NCBI GenBank assembly: GCA_038128265.1
Contig: JAYPJE010000062.1
Span: forward strand, 1-22,359
Origin: Gemmatimonadota bacterium
Lineage (GTDB): Bacteria; Latescibacterota; UBA2968; UBA8231
DNA length: 22,359 nucleotides
Reading direction: 5' to 3'
The notes under the pieces were generated by a model. That model was not told the origin of the DNA and did not search any database. It worked only from the letters and a program-made list of their open reading frames with translations. The position numbers and the translations under genes were made by a program. Of this stretch, positions 17,069 to 22,359 are shown piece after piece (within the stretch, counting starts at the first letter, position 1; every line of letters starts with the position of its first letter).

Positions 17069-18189
17069 TGGCTCACGCCTATACACCGGGTCTGCGCGTC
17101 ACGCCGTATGCGGTCGTGCGCAAGGATCGAAAGCTGCCTCTCCAGGGACAGGTTGTCGTAGCTCTGGGCGATGTGGTGCGTCGCGACCAAGTGGTCGCAC
17201 GGACCGACCTGCCCGGCGACGTAGTGGCGCTCAACCTGGTAAACCGGTTGGGATGTGCGCCGGCCGAAGTGCCGCGGTATATGCTGCACAAAGAGGGCGA
17301 GATGGTGCGCGAGGGCGAGCCGCTGGCCGAGACGCAGCCGTTTATCAAGTGGTTTAAAACTACGGTCAATGCGCCCGCTACAGGGGTGGTCGAGAGCGTG
17401 TCTGCGGTTACGGGCCAGGTCATATTGCGCAAAGAGCCCCGTCCAGTAGAGGTGTTGGCCTATGTGGATGGTCAGGTCGTCGAGATCTTTGAGAGTGAAG
17501 GCGTCAGCGTTGAGACGCGCGGTGCCTACATGCAGGGCATATTCGGCGTCGGCGGTGAGTGCTGGGGGCCCCTGCATGTGGCGGTCGGGTCGCCGGAGGA
17601 GTTATTGACGGAACTGGGCGCAGAATGCGCCGGCAAGATCGTCGTCGTGGGCAGCTTGATTACGCAAGACCTGATTGAGCGCGCGCGAGAGATGGGTGTG
17701 ATTGGACTGGTCGGCGGCGGTCTGCGCGACCAGGATTTGCGCGCGCTATTGGGCTATGATCTCGGCGTGGCGATTACCGGCGACGAAGATATTGGGCTCA
17801 CGGTGGTTGTGACGGAGGGTTTTGGCGAGATCGCCATCGCCCATAAGACATTCGATATCCTGAAGGCATGCGAGGGCAAGGAGACGTCGATTTCGGGTGC
17901 GACCCAGATTCGCGCTGGCGTGCTGCGCCCGGAGATTATCGTGCCCGATGTGGAGGGAGACCAACGTCGATCCGAAGCCGACGGAGGGGGTAAGCAGGGG
18001 ATGGATATTGGTGATCTGCTGCGCGTTATCCGCGTGCCGTATTTCGGGCGCATTGGCCGCGTTAGCGCGCTGCCGGCCGAGCTCCAAGAGGTTGAATCCG
18101 GCGCGCTTGTGCGCGTGCTTGAAGTCGAGTTTGAAGGCGGTGAGAAGGTCGTCGTGCCGCGTGCCAACGTCGAGATGATTGAAGAATGA
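17068..18189 (+). CDS. Soluble hypothetical protein, 373 aa (barrel-sandwich-hybrid motifs, alpha/beta domain, C-terminal KOW/SH3-like domain)
   Basis: TAATG coupling to the glmL-like stop. Hybrid half-motifs VVVALGDVVRRDQVVA, MLHKEGEMVREGEPLA, VNAPATGVVESV, VLAYVDGQVVEI. GKIVVVG..ERAREMGVIGLVGGG. C-terminal IGDLLRVIRVPYFGRIGRV..VEFEGGEKVVVPRANVE. Confidence 0.85.
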   Translation: MAHAYTPGLRVTPYAVVRKDRKLPLQGQVVVALGDVVRRDQVVARTDLPGDVVALNLVNRLGCAPAEVPRYMLHKEGEMVREGEPLAETQPFIKWFKTTVNAPATGVVESVSAVTGQVILRKEPRPVEVLAYVDGQVVEIFESEGVSVETRGAYMQGIFGVGGECWGPLHVAVGSPEELLTELGAECAGKIVVVGSLITQDLIERAREMGVIGLVGGGLRDQDLRALLGYDLGVAITGDEDIGLTVVVTEGFGEIAIAHKTFDILKACEGKETSISGATQIRAGVLRPEIIVPDVEGDQRRSEADGGGKQGMDIGDLLRVIRVPYFGRIGRVSALPAELQEVESGALVRVLEVEFEGGEKVVVPRANVEMIEE

Positions 18190-18196
18190 GGACCTT

Positions 18197-19414
18197 ATGC
18201 TGAACAAGGCACTGCTGTGGGCGATTGCACTTGCCGCGCTATCCTCTGTTGCAGCCGAAGGCCAGGCCCAACTGCCGCCCATCGAGGGCTTTGAGGCGTT
18301 TGATACCCCCAGCGATGCCGGGGGCAGCATCACGTTGATATGGCCTCGGATTGCCGATGCGCCGGCGGGTTCGACCTATCGGGCGTTTATTGCCGCAAAG
18401 CGCGAAGGGCCGTACTACTTGGCGGCTGAGACTGCTAGCGATGCCAGTCTACAGTCTGAAGATCCGGGGGCTTTTGGCTACGGCGACGAAGCGAAAGAGG
18501 CCCACTTTTTGCGGATTTCTCAGTATGAAACGGACGGTGGCACGATATCGCTGGAAAACGACGCGACCTATCACGTGCGGTTGGAACTGCACCACGGCAA
18601 GGTCTCGACGCGCACGGCAGTGATTACTGCTTCGGCCGAGGGCAACTACTTTAACTGGGAAAAGCTCAACAACGCTGCGCTGGGTTTGCTGCTGTCGGTG
18701 CTTATTATTGGCTACATCAGCCTAGCGCGTCGGCGTGCCCTGTACATCCGCCGGATTGGCGGGTTGGAGGCGCTCGACGAGGCGTTGGGACGCGCAACGG
18801 AAATGGGCAAGCCGGTGCTCTTTATACACGGCCTGCGCGATATGAGCCAAATTTCGACGATTGCCGCCGTTAATATTCTCGGGCGCGTGGCTCGGCGTAC
18901 CGCCGAATACGATACGGCTCTGCGCGTGGTTGCGCCCGATCCCGTCGTGATGTCCGTTAGCCAGGAAACGGTGCAGGCCTCGTACTTTGAGGCTGGTCGC
19001 CCCGACGCGTTTAATCCCGATCACGTATTTGTCGCCGGCACCGAGCAGTTTAGCTATGCGGCGGCTACGGAGGGCATCATGGTGCGCGAGCGGCCGGCCG
19101 CCCACATAATGATGGGGTATTTCTACGCCGAATCGCTGCTGTTGGCCGAGACGGGTTCGACGACGGGGGCGATTCAAATCGCCGGCACGGACGCCTTCAC
19201 GCAATTGCCGTTCTTCGTGACGACCTGCGACTATACGCTGCTCGGCGAAGAGCTCTATGCAGCCAGCGCCTACCTGTCGCGCGAACCCAAACTGCTGGGG
19301 AGTTTAAAGGGACAGGACGCGGGCAAAGCGATTCTAATCGCCGTCATTGTCTTGGGCTCGCTGTTGGCGACACTCGATATTCCGTTTCTCACTCACTTGT
19401 TTACCCCGCATTGA
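18197..19414 (+). CDS. Membrane protein, 405 aa: signal peptide, FN3-like extracytoplasmic domain, TM helix, DUF6754-like alpha/beta domain, C-terminal TM helix
   Basis: GAGGA before ATG 18197. Signal MLNKALLWAIALAALSSVAA|EG. AFDTPSDAGGSITLIW..TYRAF..LENDATYHVRL has an FN3-like W/Y/L..Y pattern. TM AALGLLLSVLIIGYISL. IRRIGGLEALDEALGRATEMGKPVLF..QLPFFVTTCDYTLLGEELYAASAYL is recognised from memory as DUF6754. Confidence 0.8.
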   Translation: MLNKALLWAIALAALSSVAAEGQAQLPPIEGFEAFDTPSDAGGSITLIWPRIADAPAGSTYRAFIAAKREGPYYLAAETASDASLQSEDPGAFGYGDEAKEAHFLRISQYETDGGTISLENDATYHVRLELHHGKVSTRTAVITASAEGNYFNWEKLNNAALGLLLSVLIIGYISLARRRALYIRRIGGLEALDEALGRATEMGKPVLFIHGLRDMSQISTIAAVNILGRVARRTAEYDTALRVVAPDPVVMSVSQETVQASYFEAGRPDAFNPDHVFVAGTEQFSYAAATEGIMVRERPAAHIMMGYFYAESLLLAETGSTTGAIQIAGTDAFTQLPFFVTTCDYTLLGEELYAASAYLSREPKLLGSLKGQDAGKAILIAVIVLGSLLATLDIPFLTHLFTPH

Positions 19415-19424
19415 GGAGTGCGCG

Positions 19425-20093
19425 ATGATTTTTTTCAGCCGCATGCTGCCCGTAGTCGTCGCCTTCTGCTTTGGTATACTGGGTATTGGCATTTACTACG
19501 TGCCGCACGCAGCGGCGCAGAATCTGGAGCGCGAACTAGCCCTGTGGCTGCGCATCGTCTTTGCCTTCTCCTATTTGTTGGGTCTATACAGTCTGCTCAA
19601 CCTGCACTGGCAGCGCATTCGCCAGCGCGTTGCGGGGTGGGGATACAGCGTCGTCGTATACATCGGCTTTGGTCTTATGATGCTCTTTGTTGTTTACAAC
19701 GACGGTCAGGGCCCATTTACTGCCCAGGCTGAGGGGACGGCAGCCGAAAATGGCTATCAGTGGCTCTTTGAATACGTGCACGTAGCCTGCTCGTCGACCA
19801 TGTTTTCCATTCTCGCCTTTTTTATTGCCTCTGCGGCCTACCGCACGTTTCGCGCGCGCACGCCCGAGGCGGCCCTGCTGCTGGTAGCGGCGGTCGTGGT
19901 GATGCTGGGGCGCGTTCCCATCGGCGCCTATATATCCGAATTTGTTCCCGCGGCGGCGGACTGGCTGCTCAACGTACCCAACTTAGCGGCCAAGCGGGGC
20001 ATCTTGCTGGGCGTGTCGTTGGGCGCCATTGCCACTTCGCTGCGCATCATCTTCGGTATTGAGCGTTCCTATTTGGGAGGAGGCGAAGAATGA
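19425..20093 (+). CDS. Hypothetical polytopic membrane protein, 222 aa, about 6 TM
   Basis: SD GAGGAG (19413-19418) before ATG 19425. Six hydrophobic segments with basic loops QRIRQR and RTFRART. The stop overlaps the next start (ATGA). Confidence 0.85.
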   Translation: MIFFSRMLPVVVAFCFGILGIGIYYVPHAAAQNLERELALWLRIVFAFSYLLGLYSLLNLHWQRIRQRVAGWGYSVVVYIGFGLMMLFVVYNDGQGPFTAQAEGTAAENGYQWLFEYVHVACSSTMFSILAFFIASAAYRTFRARTPEAALLLVAAVVVMLGRVPIGAYISEFVPAAADWLLNVPNLAAKRGILLGVSLGAIATSLRIIFGIERSYLGGGEE

Positions 20094-20905
20094 TACAGTG
20101 GCTGATGAATATAGATCGGCGCATCATCTTTGTCTTTGTATTTGCTGGCGTTGCGCTGCCCCTCTTAGCCAATGTCTTTCTGCCGATAAAACCCACGCGC
20201 GATGTGGTGGCCGTCTACGAGCAGCTAGAGAAAGTGGCAGAAGAAAATGGCATCGTCTTGCTCAGTTTCTCGTACGGCGCCAGCACCGTGCCGGAGATGC
20301 AGCCCATGGCCAAGGCTATTCTGCGCCACTGCTTTAGCCGCGATATCAAGGTCGTCGCCGTTTGCCTGTGGCCCGAAGCGCCGGGCCTAGCCCAGCAAGC
20401 GCTCGAAGAGATCGGAGCGGAATTCGGCAAAACCTACGGCGAGGACTATGCATTTCTCGGCTATAAACCGGGCAATTTTAGCGTCGTGCTCAATATGGGG
20501 CAGGATTTCCACGATGCCTTTCCACAGGACAACTGGGGCACGCCCATCGAAGATGTGCCGCTGACGCGCGATCTGCGCACGCTGCGGGACTTCGACTTCG
20601 TATTCGATTTGGCCGCGGGCGACTCTATTGAGTTTTGGTGGATTCCCTATGGACAAGAGAAGTACGGCTTTCCCTTTGCCGGTGGGTGCACCGCCGTCAT
20701 GGCGCCCGATCTATTTCCCTTTTTGCAGTCGCGGCAAATGGTGGGACTTCTGGGTGGGTTGGCCGGTGCGGCGGAGTACGAAACGCTGGTTGGCAAGCAG
20801 GATAAGGCGACGGCTGGTATGAGTGCTCAGTCGATGGCCCACCTGATCATTGTCGCATTTATCGTTTTTGGCAATATGGCTTTTTTCCTCTCTCGCCGGC
20901 GCTAA
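20090..20905 (+). CDS. Hypothetical membrane protein, 271 aa: N-terminal TM, alpha/beta domain, C-terminal TM
   Basis: SD GGAGGAGG upstream and ATGA overlap. DRRIIFVFVFAGVALPLL (TM), then alternating beta/alpha elements (IVLLSFSYG, IKVVAVCLW, YAFLGYKPG, FVFDLAAG), then AHLIIVAFIVFGNMAFFLSRRR. Confidence 0.87.
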   Translation: MIQWLMNIDRRIIFVFVFAGVALPLLANVFLPIKPTRDVVAVYEQLEKVAEENGIVLLSFSYGASTVPEMQPMAKAILRHCFSRDIKVVAVCLWPEAPGLAQQALEEIGAEFGKTYGEDYAFLGYKPGNFSVVLNMGQDFHDAFPQDNWGTPIEDVPLTRDLRTLRDFDFVFDLAAGDSIEFWWIPYGQEKYGFPFAGGCTAVMAPDLFPFLQSRQMVGLLGGLAGAAEYETLVGKQDKATAGMSAQSMAHLIIVAFIVFGNMAFFLSRRR

Positions 20906-20928
20906 TACGCAGTCAGGGAGACTCTAAT

Positions 20929-21651
20929 TTGACGCGCGATACCTACGTATTTCTGGCTCTGGTACTGACCTTTGCCGTCGTGAATGGCGTGCTGCTGGCC
21001 AGCGGATCCCTCGCTGCCGACTGGAATAGTCTGGGAATCATGGTGGCTGCCGGTCTTACGCTGGCGCTCTATAGTTTCCTCTACAAGGACAATCCGCTGT
21101 TTAAAGCGGCCGAAAATATCTACGTCGGCGTAGCGGCGGCCTATGTTTTCGGCCAGTACTGGTATCAGACGATTTACGGTGAAATTTTTATTCGACTAAA
21201 AGCGCTGGGCGGGGAGGATAGCACGCAGGGCGATTGGTGGCTGCTGGCGCCAACGCTGCTGGGGCTGCTGATGCTGACGCGCTTCTCGCGGCGCTTTGGC
21301 TGGCTGAGCCGTTTTTCCTTTGCCTTCTTTGTCGGGCTGGGGGCCGGTCTGACGATACCGCGGACGATTTCCTCCTTTATCCTGGCCCAGGTTGAGCCGA
21401 CGCTGCAGCCGCTGAGCTGGAGCTTCGACGGCCTTAACTTGCTGATTATTTTGGTCGGCGTGGTTTCCGTGCTCGTGTATTTCTTCTTTTCTGTGGAGCA
21501 TTCGGGCGCCGTCGGCAAGGTGTCGCGCGTGGGTATATGGTTTCTCATGGTGTCGTTTGGCGCTTCGTTCGGCTATACGATTATGGCCAGGCTGTCCCTG
21601 CTGATCGGACGCGTCACATTCCTCTTAGACGATTGGCTTCACTTGATGTGA
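20929..21651 (+). CDS. Hypothetical polytopic membrane protein, 240 aa, about 7 TM (TTG start)
   Basis: GGGAG SD upstream of TTG 20929. Seven hydrophobic segments with basic loops KDNPLFK, RFSRRFGWLSR and GKVSR. Last gene before an AT-rich intergenic region. Confidence 0.85.
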   Translation: MTRDTYVFLALVLTFAVVNGVLLASGSLAADWNSLGIMVAAGLTLALYSFLYKDNPLFKAAENIYVGVAAAYVFGQYWYQTIYGEIFIRLKALGGEDSTQGDWWLLAPTLLGLLMLTRFSRRFGWLSRFSFAFFVGLGAGLTIPRTISSFILAQVEPTLQPLSWSFDGLNLLIILVGVVSVLVYFFFSVEHSGAVGKVSRVGIWFLMVSFGASFGYTIMARLSLLIGRVTFLLDDWLHLM

Positions 21652-21768
21652 GCGTCTTTTTATAGTGGGCTGATAAATTCTCCCGAAGCGCGTTAACAGA
21701 TGCAAAATGGGTGAGGTCCGTTTTTTTTTATTGAATTTTTTTTTAAATTTGGCATCTTCTACTGACTT

Positions 21769-21798
21769 TTGGTAAATGACCGGCATTAACAATAGAAT
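21769..21798 (+). promoter_or_regulatory. Candidate sigma70 promoter for the TonB-dependent-receptor-like gene
   Basis: TTGGTA (21769-21774), 18 nt, TAGAAT (21793-21798), with AT-rich T-tracts upstream (21721-21750). Confidence 0.45.
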
Positions 21799-22009
21799 AA
21801 GGAAACCGCTTTCTCTACTCACTCCATCAAACCAAACATCGTTTCACGTGGGCGATGTGACCGCAGTCTGAAGGGCATCTTCCCAGCGCGCATGCGCTGT
21901 GCGTGCGCGACGGAGAGAATCGTTCGATGATTGGGTCCGTGAGATGGATAATCTGCATATCAACAACTACCCGTGATCTACACTTACTCCTGTCAGAAAG
22001 GAGATTTGC

Positions 22010-22359
22010 ATGATTAAGCTCCAAGGGGTTTTACGCGTCTTGACGTCGCTTTGCATGCTTTGGGCGCTTTCAGCGGTACCCACCGCTGACGCGGCCAGCG
22101 CAGGCAAAATCGTCGGCGTTGTCACCGATGCGAATACGGGAGATCCGCTCCCGAATGCCAACGTGCAGCTCGTTGGTGCCGATATGGGAACGATCGCCGA
22201 CGAAGAGGGTCGTTTCGTCATCATCAACGTTCCCGCGGGCACCTATACGCTGCGCGCGACGTATATCGGTTATACGGCGCTGCAAATCCAGGATTTGCGC
22301 GTCGCTACGGGACTGACTTCGGAAGTTGGAGTGGCTATGACCTCTTCCGATATTCAGGT
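22010..22359 (+). CDS. N-terminus of a TonB-dependent-receptor-like / carboxypeptidase-regulatory-like-domain protein (truncated by the window end; absent from the ORF track)
   Basis: SD AAAGGAG then ATG 22010, open to the window end. Manual translation: MIKLQGVLRVLTSLCMLWALSAVPTADA|ASAGKIVGVVTDANTGDPLPNANVQLVGADMGTIADEEGRFVIINVPAGTYTLRATYIGYTALQIQDLRVATGLTSEVGVAMTSSDIQ, i.e. a signal peptide plus a CarboxypepD_reg-like domain. Confidence 0.85.
   Translation, partial: MIKLQGVLRVLTSLCMLWALSAVPTADAASAGKIVGVVTDANTGDPLPNANVQLVGADMGTIADEEGRFVIINVPAGTYTLRATYIGYTALQIQDLRVATGLTSEVGVAMTSSDIQ

Noticed and set aside
17893..17904. SGAT in the 373-aa protein resembling the covalent FMN attachment motif of NqrB/C and RnfD/G
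   Set aside because: The upstream Asp of DxxSGAT is missing (TSISGAT), the protein has no export signal, and no apbE or redox-cofactor genes are in the window. A 4-residue match is likely chance.
6029..19424. ORF-track start codons at 6029, 12644, 14466, 15194, 18179 and 19347
   Set aside because: These extend into upstream genes with non-protein-like N-termini. Downstream starts (6110, 12686, 14529, 15275, 18197, 19425) fit SD position, signal peptides or family N-termini better.
21749..21766. TTGGCA as a sigma54 -24 element
   Set aside because: There is no TTGC at the -12 position.
1..22359. CRISPR arrays, tRNA/rRNA genes, IS elements, prophage or defence genes
   Set aside because: No regularly spaced repeats, cloverleaf-like sequences, or transposase/integrase/phage/defence-nuclease motifs were seen by eye. 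Intergenic spaces are short and accounted for.

Overview
GC-rich bacterial chromosomal window with all 22 credible CDS on the + strand. The N-terminus of a TonB-dependent-receptor-like protein, a putative outer-membrane beta-barrel and the gene content suggest a diderm of the FCB-related/Latescibacterota type; this taxonomy is inference only. The left half is mostly housekeeping: a divergent EF-G paralog (EF-G2 type) with its own sigma70 promoter and terminator, yebC-ruvC-ruvA-ruvB-tsaB-rimI, an orphan MalK/UgpC-type ABC ATPase, holB, rsmA, an unannotated 656-aa putative beta-barrel protein and ilvE. The right half (12686-21651) is the main point of interest. An orphan family-5 (OppA/AppA-like) solute-binding protein is followed by a tightly coupled 8-gene cluster. 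It encodes two small proteins, a GlmL/MutL-like ASKHA ATPase with no B12 mutase beside it, a barrel-sandwich-hybrid/alpha-beta/KOW-like soluble protein, and four membrane proteins. By eye these four form two pairs with opposite predicted membrane orientation (DUF6754-like 405 aa versus 271 aa; 222 aa versus 240 aa). I propose an uncharacterised, pseudo-symmetric multi-subunit membrane complex, most likely a transporter, possibly energised or regulated by an actin/Hsp70-fold ATPase instead of an ABC ATPase. The window ends in an AT-rich promoter region, a structured leader and a truncated TonB-dependent-receptor-like gene that the ORF track missed. No RNA genes, CRISPR arrays or mobile elements were seen.
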